From assembly GCA_965242965.1 (NCBI GenBank), contig OZ251518.1, positions 2,048,001 to 2,112,000 of the forward strand: a stretch of DNA of 64,000 nucleotides, given 5' to 3'. Position numbers and translations under genes: made by a program. The notes beneath the pieces are model-generated. The model did no database searches. It was not told the origin of the DNA and was given only the letters and a program-made list of their open reading frames with translations. This DNA is from Candidatus Poribacteria bacterium (GTDB taxonomy: Bacteria; Poribacteria; WGA-4E; WGA-3G). Positions 50,315-60,383 of the stretch are shown piece after piece; positions within the stretch are counted from its first letter, which is position 1, and every line of letters begins with the position of its first letter.

Positions 50315-50422
50315 GTCTTGGAAAATTGCGAGGCACTCTGCTAAATCCCCACCCGTTCGGCATCAGGCGAGCCCGAACGAGAGAAATGAATTTGGTATTT
50401 GTCCTTTGTTAGGAGCAGCGGC

Positions 50423-51475
50423 ATGTTAATCCGAACCAGAGCACCTGTCCGCATCGATTTCGCGGGCGGCTGGAGCGACGTAGCCCTCTTTACGGAGGCA
50501 TCGAAAGGGCTCGTCGTCAACGGTGCCATTAACCGATACGCTTACGCAACGCTCGTCTGTGACAGCCAAGCGCAGCACCCCGATTCCGTTGAACTCCAGC
50601 GTATTCTCGATAAAAGCATTCGCATCTATTCTGCCGATTTTGATACGTTCATCGAAGCGGAAGATGTGCGTCAATTGGAATACGATGGCAACATCGATCT
50701 TGTGAAAGCGGCGGTGCGGCAGATGTCTATCCAAATCGGCGGCTTCGATCTGATTACGCAGTCCACCGCGCCGCCGGGCAGTGGGCTCGGCACATCCGCG
50801 GCGATGGGTGTCGCGCTCATCGGTGTGCTTGGCGCGCTGAAGGATGTCACCTACCTCCCGTATCAGTATGCCGAACTCGCCAGCACCATCGAACGGCATG
50901 AACTCGGTATACTTGGTGGTAAACAAGACCATTATGCCAGTGCCCTCGGCGGTATCAACTTCATGGAGTTTCAGGGAGAAGCGGTGAAAACGTCCGCCTT
51001 AAGAATCCCGCCGCACATCCGTTATGAATTGGAAAAAAACCTCGTGCTTTGCTATACCGGGCAATCGCGGCTCTCTGGCAATATCCATCAAAACGTCACA
51101 CACGCCTACAAAAGCGGTGAACCGAGTCTTCGGAAGGCTTTGGAGAACCTGAAATCCATCGCGGAAGCGACGAAAACCGCGCTGCTTCGCGGCCGTTTGA
51201 CAGACTTCGGCGAACTCCTGACAGAAAACTGGCATAATCAGAAAAAACTGCACGCCTCTGTCACGAACGAACAGATAGATAAACTCTTTAAGATTGCGCA
51301 GGCACACGGCGCGATTGGCGGGAAAGCCTGCGGGGCAGGCGGCGGGGGATGTCTCCTCTTCTACTGCCAACCTACGCGCGAACATAGCGTCCGGCAAAAA
51401 TTGGAAGAGGTAGGGAGCCGAATTATTGACTTTAACTTTGATGCTGATGGCATCCAGATGTGGAACGCCGAATAA
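50423..51475 (+). CDS. GHMP family sugar kinase (HddA / heptose-7-phosphate kinase-like)
   Basis: APVRIDFAGGWSD, PPGSGLGTS, GGKQD, GGKACGAGGGG. Confidence 0.88.
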   Translation: MLIRTRAPVRIDFAGGWSDVALFTEASKGLVVNGAINRYAYATLVCDSQAQHPDSVELQRILDKSIRIYSADFDTFIEAEDVRQLEYDGNIDLVKAAVRQMSIQIGGFDLITQSTAPPGSGLGTSAAMGVALIGVLGALKDVTYLPYQYAELASTIERHELGILGGKQDHYASALGGINFMEFQGEAVKTSALRIPPHIRYELEKNLVLCYTGQSRLSGNIHQNVTHAYKSGEPSLRKALENLKSIAEATKTALLRGRLTDFGELLTENWHNQKKLHASVTNEQIDKLFKIAQAHGAIGGKACGAGGGGCLLFYCQPTREHSVRQKLEEVGSRIIDFNFDADGIQMWNAE

Positions 51476-51545
51476 CTCACTCCTCAAAAAGATTTATTAC
51501 CCTATATAGCGGTGGGCTGTCTTCCGCCATGCGTAAATAATCGAC

Positions 51546-52060
51546 GGTGTTTCATATTTCGATGCGTTCGGTAGGAGAGACCTCGGGGCTCGATTTCCGG
51601 TAGGAGAGACCTCCTGGTCTCGATGTTCCCGTAGCGCGGGGGCCTGTCCGCCGCGAGCTCCATCGTCAAGAGGGGCGTTTTAGGTCCTTTAGGTCCTACA
51701 TGTCTATAGATACACGTGTCGTCCCATTTTCAAGGTCCTTTAGGTCCTTAATAAAAAACACGCGCGGACATGGCAAAATCTATTAAGGACCTAAAGGACC
51801 TTAGGGTTCTTCGCAGGTGGCGTGCTATAGACATTAAGGTCCTACGGACCTAAGAGACGTTTTTTCATCGTAGTGCGGGGGCCTGTCCCCCGCGAGCGTT
51901 GGATTGCGCGTGTACGAACGATGGCGAGGGGAACCCGCTCGCATGCGCGTGTGGAAACCTGCGAGGGCCCAAGCCCTACAATGAAGGGGGCTTTCTGCCG
52001 CCGCGGCCCCGGGGGCGCGCCGCCCTATTGCATCGAGACCAGGAGGTCTCTCCTACCGGG
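51546..52060. repeat. Composite repeat element, reverse-orientation relative of 58858-59158
   Basis: Left end GGTGTTTCATATTTCGATGCGTTCGGTAGG.. and right end ..CCCTATTGCATCGAGACCAGGAGGTCTCTCCTAC both recur inverted at 58858-59158. Confidence 0.85.
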
Positions 52061-52150
52061 GGAAACGGAATCGCTCGGGGTGTCACGAAACCATTTTTAC
52101 TCGGATATGACTCGCTCCTACAACTAATGACGAGAACTTTGAAAAACGAT

Positions 52151-53164
52151 ATGTCAACAACACAAACGCAGACTGCACTTGAAGCCGCCGATTTCCTGAA
52201 AACGGCGCGAGAAAAAATCTTAACCGAACTCAAAAAGCGCATCGTCGGGCAGGATGAAGTAATCGATCAGCTCCTCATCGCGCTCTTTTCACAGGGGCAC
52301 TGCCTGCTCGTCGGGGTGCCGGGACTCGCCAAGACACTGCTTATCAGCACCTTTGCGGACATCCTCGATTTGCCGTTCAACCGTATTCAGTTCACGCCTG
52401 ATCTGATGCCTTCGGACATCATCGGCACCGATATTATTGAGGAAGAGGTGGATACGGGCAAACGCGCCTTCCGCTTTATCAAGGGCCCCGTTTTCGCCAA
52501 CATCGTCCTCGCCGATGAGATTAACCGCACGCCGCCGAAAACGCAAGCCGCCCTGCTACAAGCGATGCAAGAATATAAAGTCACGGCGGGCGGCAATACC
52601 TACGCGTTAGAATTGCCGTTCTTCGTGCTAGCCACGCAAAACCCGATCGAACAGGAAGGCACCTACCCCCTACCCGAAGCGCAACTCGACCGGTTTATGT
52701 TCAACATCTACATTGACTACCCCGACAAGGCAGAGGAAAAAGAGATTGTGATGACAACCACCTCCGCTTACGAGGCAAACGTCAAACCGGTAATTACGGG
52801 TGAGGAAGTCTTGCAGTTGCAACAACTCGTCCGGAAGGTGCCTATTGCCGAAGCGATGGTGGATTACGCCGTGGAATTAAGCCTAAACACGCGGCCAACG
52901 CAGCCGAATGCCCCCGATTTTATTAACGATTGGGTGAATTGGGGCGCGGGCCCGCGGGCCTCGCAGTATCTTGTGCTCGGTGCCAAGGCGCGAGCCATTA
53001 TGCACGGCCGCTATCATGTCGCTTACGAAGACATCAAAGCGGTGGCAAAGCCTGTCTTCCGACACCGAATCTTGACGAACTTCAACGCCGAAGCGGACGG
53101 AATCACGAGTCTGGATATTATTGACAGGCTGTTGGAGCAGGTTCCGCCGCCGGAGGTTACGTAA
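52151..53164 (+). CDS. MoxR family AAA+ ATPase
   Basis: GVPGLAKT, RIQFTPDLMPSD, LADEINRTPPKTQAALL, ATQNPIEQEGTYPLPEAQLDRF. Confidence 0.95.
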   Translation: MSTTQTQTALEAADFLKTAREKILTELKKRIVGQDEVIDQLLIALFSQGHCLLVGVPGLAKTLLISTFADILDLPFNRIQFTPDLMPSDIIGTDIIEEEVDTGKRAFRFIKGPVFANIVLADEINRTPPKTQAALLQAMQEYKVTAGGNTYALELPFFVLATQNPIEQEGTYPLPEAQLDRFMFNIYIDYPDKAEEKEIVMTTTSAYEANVKPVITGEEVLQLQQLVRKVPIAEAMVDYAVELSLNTRPTQPNAPDFINDWVNWGAGPRASQYLVLGAKARAIMHGRYHVAYEDIKAVAKPVFRHRILTNFNAEADGITSLDIIDRLLEQVPPPEVT

Positions 53165-53166
53165 CT

Positions 53167-54677
53167 ATGAGAAATGCACTTTACTTCGGTGATAACCTCA
53201 AGGTGATGCGCGAGATGCAAACCGCGCGCTATCACACCTGTTACCTCGATCCGCCTTACAACAGCGGCCGCAACTATAACATCTTCCTCGCCGGTTCAAA
53301 AGCGCAACGCAAGGCGTTTGATGACATCTGGCGATGGGACGACGCGGCGCGCGAAAATCAGGCATCTGTCCTTCACTACGATGGACGGCACCCTGAACTC
53401 GTCAAAACTATGGGCAATTTGTCAGACTGTTTAACGGGTTTTGACAAAATTTTGAAGGGGGGGGGTATAAGGGCAAAAACGCGGACTCGATGCGTGCCTA
53501 CCTCGCCTTCATGGCACCGCGCCTCGCAGAGATTTGGCGTTTACTAGCACCGGATGGGAGTGTGTATCTGCACTGCGACCCGCATGCAAGTCACTATCTG
53601 AAGGTAATAATGGATACGATTTTCGGCGCGGCGAATTTTCGGAACGAAATTATCTGGTGTTATACGGGACCGAGTAATACGAAGCGTTGGTTTCCGCGGA
53701 AACACGATATCCTGCTTTTTTACGCGAAGGGAAAAGCAAGCACCTTCAATTGCGACGAGGTCCGCGTGCCTTACAGCGATACCTTCGTGGCGCGCAGGAA
53801 ATATGCTGAGGGCGAAAGCGGAGTCACCGCCGGGTATTCCGATGGCAGAGATGATGCAGAGGTAAGCGCATCTTTCGGGAAAGGCAAAGTCATTGAGGAT
53901 TATTGGACAGATATTCCGGCTGGCGGACAAATCTCCAAGCACGAGCGCCTAGGCTATCCGACGCAAAAGCCGCTCGCGCTCTTGGAACGCATCATTAAAG
54001 CCTCTTCTAACCCCGGCGACATCATCTTCGATCCGTTTTGTGGCTGCGGCACGGCGTTAGATGCCGCGCATGGACTTGGCAGGCACTGGGTGGGCATCGA
54101 TCTCACTGTCCTCGCTTTGGAACCGATGGAACGGCGGCTGCGCGAACGTCACGGACTTGCCCCCAAAGTCGATTCTGACATTGAGGGATACCCGACGACG
54201 TGTCAGGATGCCATTCTCCTCGCCGAGCAGAATCCGCACGATTTTGCAAACTGGGCCGTCACGCGATTGGGACTTTCTCCGACAGCGAACAGCAACGATG
54301 GCGGGTTTGATGGCACAGGGAAGGTGCTCCTTTGGGAAAACAGCCGCGCGGCGATGCAGCTGCCGGTTATCGCCGAGGTGAAATCGGGGAGGAGTCTGAA
54401 CCTGAATCAGGTGCGCGCCTTTCGCACGGCGATGCAGGACGCGAACGCCGCCATGGGTATTTTCATTACGCTGCACCCTGTCACGCGCGGGATGCGCAAT
54501 CTCGCCGAAGCAGAAGGGACAATTGAGCATAATGGGAAAAGATACCCGCGTTTGCAATTCTGGCAGGTAACGGATGCCTATTTTTCGGATGGGCTTATTC
54601 CGGTGAAGTTGCCGTGGCAGGTAGATGAGCGTCCGAAGGCGGCGCGGCATTATGGCGGGCAGCAGACATATCTCTGA
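53167..54677 (+). pseudogene. Beta-class DNA methyltransferase with Mrr-like C-terminal domain, frameshifted at a G9 tract (phase-off allele, pseudogene or assembly error)
   Basis: ORF1 has YLDPPYN; ORF2 has FRNEIIWCY, GYPTQKP, DPFCGCGT and DGGFDG...AEVKSG; one extra G at 53457-53465 joins them without a stop. Confidence 0.8.
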
Positions 54678-54699
54678 GAGGCCCTCTGCAGAAACGATT

Positions 54700-55050
54700 C
54701 CGTTTCCCCCGTAGGAGAGACCTCCCAGTCTCGATTTCCCCCAGTAGGAGAGACCTCCCGGTCTCGATGCAAACGATGTCCCGTGTAGGAGAGACCTCCT
54801 GGTCTTGATTTCGTCCGCGCAATCCAACGCTCACGGGGGAAACCCGCTCGGATGCGCGGATGGCATCCGAGGGCCCCCGCGCTACGGTGAACAAAACGCC
54901 GCCCTTCACGTAGGGCGAGGGCCTGTCCCTCGCCATCGTTTTGCTGCCAGACCCCTTCACCCCTGTAGGTCAGGATCGCCTGATCCTGACCTGTTTGTGA
55001 TCAGGCGATCACAAACTACAGAGGGGGAAACACATCGTTCCCGCTACGGT
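54700..55050. repeat. Intergenic GTAG-hairpin mosaic
   Basis: Three GTAGGAGAGACC..GGTCTC units, then CCTGT-loop and GATC hairpins. Confidence 0.88.
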
Positions 55051-55069
55051 TGTGACGGTGGATTTAGCA

Positions 55070-55939
55070 TCAGCGTCCCAGGTCCATTTCATAACGGAAA
55101 GTGATACCGGGCAAACTCAGCATCTCATCTAAATTCGGCATCTGTTCGAGACCTAAGAGCTGCTCCAGCAACGATGCTTTTTTCTCTTTGCGCACAATCC
55201 TGGGCGTTCCCTCAATGCCGGCGAGTTCTGCGGCGACTTCAATGGCATCGGGAAGGTTGCCGAGTCTGTCCAAGAGTTTCAAATCTAGTGCTTGCTTCCC
55301 GGTGAAAATGCGTCCATCGGCGATGGTGACGACTTCATCGCGCGTTAAATGCATGCTTCGTGCAGTGAAGATAGTGTCAACAAACTGATTGTAGACATCG
55401 TCCACCGTGCCTTGCAACACTGCACGTTCTTCTTCCGTCATCTCGCGAAAAGAGGAGCCAGTGTCCTTAAACGTGCCGCTCTTAATCACTTCGTGTTCCA
55501 ATCCGACTTTGTCGTATAACCCCTTCATCCGTATAAACTGCATAATCACGCCGATACTGCCGGTGAGTGTGCCAGGGTTCGCGACGATGGTATTCGCCGC
55601 GCAGGCGAGGTAGTAACCGCCCGATGCCGCCGTGCCGCCCATTGAGGCGACAATCGGCTTGTCTAACTTCTCCAATTCGGCGTAAATCTCTTGCACGGGA
55701 GCAACGCTGCCGCCGGGGGAATCAATTCGGAGGACAAGTGCCTTGATACTCGGGTCATCGCGGTAGGCATGGATGAGTTTAATCGTCGCATCCGAACGCG
55801 AGATAATGCCGTCAATGTCTAGCACCGCCACCTTCTCGCCAATCGGCGCGCCGCCTATCATGGAACGGAAAATTATCACGAAGAAAAATAGCCCGATGAT
55901 AACGCCTAAGATGATAAAAGTTCGTTGTTTCTTTGTCAT
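55070..55939 (-). CDS. sppA: Signal peptide peptidase SppA (36K type)
   Basis: LRIDSPGG, AASGGYY, TGSIGVI, ADGRIFTG. Confidence 0.93.
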   Translation of the reverse strand: MTKKQRTFIILGVIIGLFFFVIIFRSMIGGAPIGEKVAVLDIDGIISRSDATIKLIHAYRDDPSIKALVLRIDSPGGSVAPVQEIYAELEKLDKPIVASMGGTAASGGYYLACAANTIVANPGTLTGSIGVIMQFIRMKGLYDKVGLEHEVIKSGTFKDTGSSFREMTEEERAVLQGTVDDVYNQFVDTIFTARSMHLTRDEVVTIADGRIFTGKQALDLKLLDRLGNLPDAIEVAAELAGIEGTPRIVRKEKKASLLEQLLGLEQMPNLDEMLSLPGITFRYEMDLGR

Positions 55940-56020
55940 TTTTGTTTTTCCTATCAGATGAACGCAGTCCGGGCTGATTCTGGGAGAACCGCGCACGGAA
56001 ATCCACCCTTACAATTGCTG

Positions 56021-56683
56021 CTACCGGCCGAAAAGGACTGTCCAAAACGTTTTTAACAGCCACCCCAGATCAGCGGTGAGGCTATGTGTTGCGACATAGC
56101 GAAGATCCAAGGCGAGTTTCTGCGGCATCAATTCCGTGATGTAGTAGTGCTCCGGATTTGCGCGCGCCTTGAGTTTCTCTTCCTCATGCCGATTGGCAAG
56201 CTGCGAGGGCCCTGTCATCCCCGGCTTCACCTGAAGCACCTGTTTTTGCGCTGCCGTGTAGTGTTGAACGTAGATAGGTGCCTCCGGACGCGGTCCGACT
56301 AGGCTCATCTCTCCTCTGATGACGTTGATTAAGTTCGGCAGTTCGTCCAACTTCGTCCATCTTAACAACCTGCCGATGCGCGTGATGCGCGTATCCCGAT
56401 AGGTAGTCAGACTGCATCCGATTTTGTCGGCGTTCACCACCATCGTTCTGAACTTATACATCTCAAAAAGCACCTCGTCCTTTCCGACCCGTTTCGCTTT
56501 GTAAAACACGGGCCCGGCGGATTGCATTTTCGCCAGCACACACCCAAGTAGAAAGAATGGTGACAGCAGCACGAACCCGATTGTCCCGAAAAGGATATCA
56601 AACGCACGTTTTTGCCGGATTTGGCCTCGCGACAGGGAGGGTTTGCCTATTAGAAGATGGATTCCGTTCTGAACGTCTGGCAT
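56021..56683 (-). CDS. Bacterial sugar transferase (polyprenyl-phosphate phosphoglycosyl transferase)
   Basis: KRAFD, YKFRTM, LDELPNLINVIRGEMSLVGPRP, KPGMTG. Confidence 0.93.
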   Translation of the reverse strand: MPDVQNGIHLLIGKPSLSRGQIRQKRAFDILFGTIGFVLLSPFFLLGCVLAKMQSAGPVFYKAKRVGKDEVLFEMYKFRTMVVNADKIGCSLTTYRDTRITRIGRLLRWTKLDELPNLINVIRGEMSLVGPRPEAPIYVQHYTAAQKQVLQVKPGMTGPSQLANRHEEEKLKARANPEHYYITELMPQKLALDLRYVATHSLTADLGWLLKTFWTVLFGR

Positions 56684-56737
56684 GCCTATTATCCGAAAGT
56701 TAAGAAAAGGTAGAATCGTGAGAGGCTTAATGTCTGT

Positions 56738-58687
56738 CTATAGAGACGCTCTCATTTCCCTGCTCTCTTCCTCAGCGTCGGCGCGCTTTTCCGTGGGGAA
56801 CTGAATAATTTCAGACGCGCTGCTTCCATCGTCTTCCTTCTGGAACGCGCGGTTTGGTTCGTAAGTCGGAACGAGTGCTTGGAACTTGTCGACAATCCCC
56901 TCCGTATCCAACGCATCGGCGAGTTGCGAGAGTTCGTCGATGCCGGTGAGCAGTTGGTGTTCCTCAATTTTTTCCAGTTGCGCGACGAAGATGCGTTGAT
57001 GCTTCGTCGCCGTCACCCCTTCCTGGGGTGTGAGCAATTCTTCATACAATTTTTCGCCCGGTTCTAACCCGGTGAAAGCGATTTTGATGTCCCTGTCTAC
57101 TTCAAGTCCGGATAGGCGAATCAGGTCTTGCGCAAGATCGAGGATTTTAATCGGTTCGCCCATGTCTAACATCAGGATTTCGCCGCCGTTGCCCATGGCA
57201 CCGGCTTGTATGAGCAGTTGGACCGCTTCCGGAATCGTCATGAAGTAGCGCGTCGCCTCCCGATGCGTGACAGTAACGGGCCCGCCTTTCGCAATCTGCC
57301 GTTTGAAATTCGGTAGCACACTCGCCCGGCTGCCGATGACGTTGCCGAACCGCACTGCAATGAACCGCGTGCCGTTCAGTCGCGCCTTACACTGAATCAG
57401 TTTTTCGGTGACACGTTTGGAGGCACCGTAGACGCTCGTCGGGTTCACGGCTTTATCGGATGAGACGAGGATGAACGCCTCAACGTGGTGTTTTATCGCC
57501 GCGTCAATCAGGTTCTGCGTGCCGAGGATGTTATTCTTCACCGCCTCATCAGGGTGATTCTCCATGAACTTAACATGCTTGTGCGCGGCGGCATGGAAGA
57601 TAATATGGGGCCGGTATTTTTGGATAATCTGCGAAACCTTTGAGTTGTCGCGAATGTCCCCGATAATAACAGCACGGTTGAGTGCCGGTTCAGATTCACG
57701 GAGCTCTATATCTGTATGGTAGAGGCTATTCTCGCCACGTCCAAAGAGCATGAGGAGCTCGGGCTCCAGTTTGGCTACTTGGCGACAGAGTTCGGAGCCT
57801 ATCGAACCGCCCGCGCCGGTTACCATCACACGTTTGCCAGAGAGGTATTTCGATACCTCAGCGATGTCCATCTGCGAGGTAGAACGGTTCAGCAAATCTT
57901 CAAACCGCACTTCTCGGATGTGGTTGATACTGGCGCGTCCCTCAAGAATGGCGTGAATATTCGGCACGATGCGAAACTGACAGCCGCGGTATTCGCACTG
58001 GCGGATGATGTCCCGAATTTTTCCACCGGGCGCGGACGGAATAGCGATGACGACTTCCTGTATCTCGCGCTTCCGGGCAATGTAGGTTAAGTCACGCGTC
58101 GTCCCAAGCACTTCCAATCCGGCGATGCTTTTGCCAACCTTCCGGGCATTATCGTCAATGAAACCTACGGGGAGGTATCCCTTCGCCGGGTGTTCGCGTA
58201 GCGCGCGAAGCACACTGATGCCTGTCGCCCCGGCTCCAACGATGAGAACTTTGGTGTGCGGTTTTCGCGCACTCTCCTTGCGCGGTTTGCGCTTGTCCCG
58301 CGGTTTGCCACTCTCTACAATTTGAAAGGAGAACTTGGCAAAACCGAGCATCGCGAAGTTATAGAGCCCATCAATAAGAAAAGGCATCCATGCGAAGTTC
58401 AGCAGCAAGGCGAATGCGATAAGCAAGGCAGTTGCAATGCTAATTGCGCCGGCTAACGCACGAAACTCCTGCACAGCGGCATACCGCCACATCGGTTTGT
58501 AGAGGTTAAAGCCGAGCAGCAGGCTGACGCGGACTATCGTCACAACAGCTGCGAGGGTGACGTACGTCACGTCTGCAGGGAAGCGCGCGAGGAGTTGCAA
58601 CGGTGGCGCGGGTTGGGCTAACAGATTGGCGCCCAATTGCCGACACGTATAATAGGCCAATAGAAACGCTAGATTCACGAGGAGCAC
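56738..58687 (-). CDS. CapD/PglF-like nucleoside-diphosphate sugar 4,6-dehydratase
   Basis: TGAGGSIGSELCRQ, HAAAHKHV, SSDKAVNPTSVYGASKR, VRFGNVIGS; true start uncertain. Confidence 0.92.
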   Translation of the reverse strand: MLLVNLAFLLAYYTCRQLGANLLAQPAPPLQLLARFPADVTYVTLAAVVTIVRVSLLLGFNLYKPMWRYAAVQEFRALAGAISIATALLIAFALLLNFAWMPFLIDGLYNFAMLGFAKFSFQIVESGKPRDKRKPRKESARKPHTKVLIVGAGATGISVLRALREHPAKGYLPVGFIDDNARKVGKSIAGLEVLGTTRDLTYIARKREIQEVVIAIPSAPGGKIRDIIRQCEYRGCQFRIVPNIHAILEGRASINHIREVRFEDLLNRSTSQMDIAEVSKYLSGKRVMVTGAGGSIGSELCRQVAKLEPELLMLFGRGENSLYHTDIELRESEPALNRAVIIGDIRDNSKVSQIIQKYRPHIIFHAAAHKHVKFMENHPDEAVKNNILGTQNLIDAAIKHHVEAFILVSSDKAVNPTSVYGASKRVTEKLIQCKARLNGTRFIAVRFGNVIGSRASVLPNFKRQIAKGGPVTVTHREATRYFMTIPEAVQLLIQAGAMGNGGEILMLDMGEPIKILDLAQDLIRLSGLEVDRDIKIAFTGLEPGEKLYEELLTPQEGVTATKHQRIFVAQLEKIEEHQLLTGIDELSQLADALDTEGIVDKFQALVPTYEPNRAFQKEDDGSSASEIIQFPTEKRADAEEESREMRASL

Positions 58688-58857
58688 ATCAAGAACGATG
58701 GATGAGCTCCATTTTAGTTTTGACTTCTGTATTTTGGGCCTCCAATTTGCTTGCCATAAACAGGCCGGGGTTTTCCAACGGCACTGTTATCGGGCATGTT
58801 CTTCGTTAATTACACCGAATTCATCTCTATAATGCGGACAGGTCTCAATAGTGATGT

Positions 58858-59158
58858 CCCCTGTAGGAGAGACCTCCTGGTCTCGATGCAATAGGGCGGC
58901 GCGCCTACCGGGGCAGCGACGGCAGAACCCCCTCTTCATCGTAGGGCGAGGGCCTGTCCCTCGCCACGCCTCGCGCTACGGAAAAAACGTCTCTTGTTCT
59001 CTTCAGTCCGTAGGACCTAAAACGCCACCTCTTAACGATGGAGATCGCGGGGGAAACCCTCTCGGATGCGCGTATGGCATCCGAGGGCCCCCGCGCTACG
59101 GGAACATCGAGCCCCGAGGTCTCGCCTACCGAACGCATCGAAATATGAAACACCCTCA
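58858..59158. repeat. Composite repeat element ending in TATGAAACACCCTCA
   Basis: Inverted relative of 51546-52060. Confidence 0.85.
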
Positions 59159-59166
59159 ACTTAGTA

Positions 59167-60354
59167 TTACAGCGATGTCGCGCCAGCATAGACGTTTTCT
59201 AGACGTTCGCCGATGGCATGCCAACTATAGGTAGTCTCCACCCGTTTTCTGCCGGCTTGCGCGAGCGTCTCGCGCCGCTCGCGGTTATCCACGAGTTGCA
59301 TCACCTGCGCTGCGAAGGGGGCAGGCGTATCCGCCACGAGTAACTCGGTGCCAATATCTGCCGCCAGTCCCATTGCGCCGACAGCACTCGTCACGACAGG
59401 CACTCCCATCGCCATTGCTTCTAAATTTTTGGTTTGGATGCCAGAACCGGCCCGCATCGGCGATACAAAAACCGATGCCTTCTCAAAATACGGACGGACA
59501 TCTGGCACGGAGCCGGTAACCACGACTCCCGTCTGTGCAGCGAGTCGCTGCACTTGCTCCGTCGGTTCTCTCCCAACGATAGTAAAAGTCGCGTTTGGAT
59601 GCTGTTCCCGGATGCGCGGAAAAATCTCCCTGCAGAAGTAAAGCACCGCGTCTACGTTCGGGAAATAGTTCATCGTCCCAGTAAACAGCAAGTTCGCAGG
59701 TGCGCGCTCGCAAGCAGGTTCTCGCGAAAAATACGCCAAATCCACCCCCATCGGGACAACGGATAAATTCAGGCTGCTGTCCTGCTGCAGCAGGTAATCC
59801 CTGTCAAAATCAGCGACGACGGTACCGCAATCAAACGCCTTCATGATGTCGACTTCATATCGGCGCACTCGTTTTTCCTCTAATTTTACCAAAAATCGTT
59901 TTGGTGTGCAATCAAAATCTGCACGTCGGTTGAGATTCAGTGCCAATGAATCGCATAAATCTAACACTTTCGTCGGCACTCGCGCCTCTGTTACGTATTG
60001 TCCCATCCGAAACAACTGCGCGTGGATGAGCTCAAACCGTTCTGCCGCGAGGAGTTCGTTAATCGTCCGCTGCATGTGCCGCGAATACCAATAATGCACC
60101 TGCAGCGGATGCCGCGAAAGGCAGTGGACAGCCGTATTGAGCAAGGCGAAGGAACGTTGGAACGGCACATACGCCACCTGCTCACAGTAAGTCTGCAGAT
60201 GCTTCGCCGATGCGATGTCTGCCTCTGACGCGGCGAAGTAGACAAGCGTCACCGAGTGCCGCTGCGCGAGGTGCTTAATGAAATGGTATGAGCGGATGCA
60301 GTCTCCCCGATGCGGCGGATACGGACATCGCAGACTTAAAAATAAGATTTTCAT
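59167..60354 (-). CDS. Glycosyltransferase family 4 protein
   Basis: PYPPHRGD, LLFTGTMNYFPNVDA, GIQTKNLEAMAMGVPVV. Confidence 0.92.
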   Translation of the reverse strand: MKILFLSLRCPYPPHRGDCIRSYHFIKHLAQRHSVTLVYFAASEADIASAKHLQTYCEQVAYVPFQRSFALLNTAVHCLSRHPLQVHYWYSRHMQRTINELLAAERFELIHAQLFRMGQYVTEARVPTKVLDLCDSLALNLNRRADFDCTPKRFLVKLEEKRVRRYEVDIMKAFDCGTVVADFDRDYLLQQDSSLNLSVVPMGVDLAYFSREPACERAPANLLFTGTMNYFPNVDAVLYFCREIFPRIREQHPNATFTIVGREPTEQVQRLAAQTGVVVTGSVPDVRPYFEKASVFVSPMRAGSGIQTKNLEAMAMGVPVVTSAVGAMGLAADIGTELLVADTPAPFAAQVMQLVDNRERRETLAQAGRKRVETTYSWHAIGERLENVYAGATSL

Positions 60355-60383
60355 TGCATCAGCAGATTCATTACGCGCTCGGA

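Noticed and set aside
5297-59234. Many short ORFs containing RGTGPR / RGPVPR / GETSWSR / DLKDLK peptides (e.g. 5297-5821, 9505-10213, 14319-14762, 41055-41748, 58851-59234)
   Set aside because: They are translations of the GC-rich repeats in all frames, with no RBS or protein family signature; upstream extensions of real genes into repeats were trimmed.
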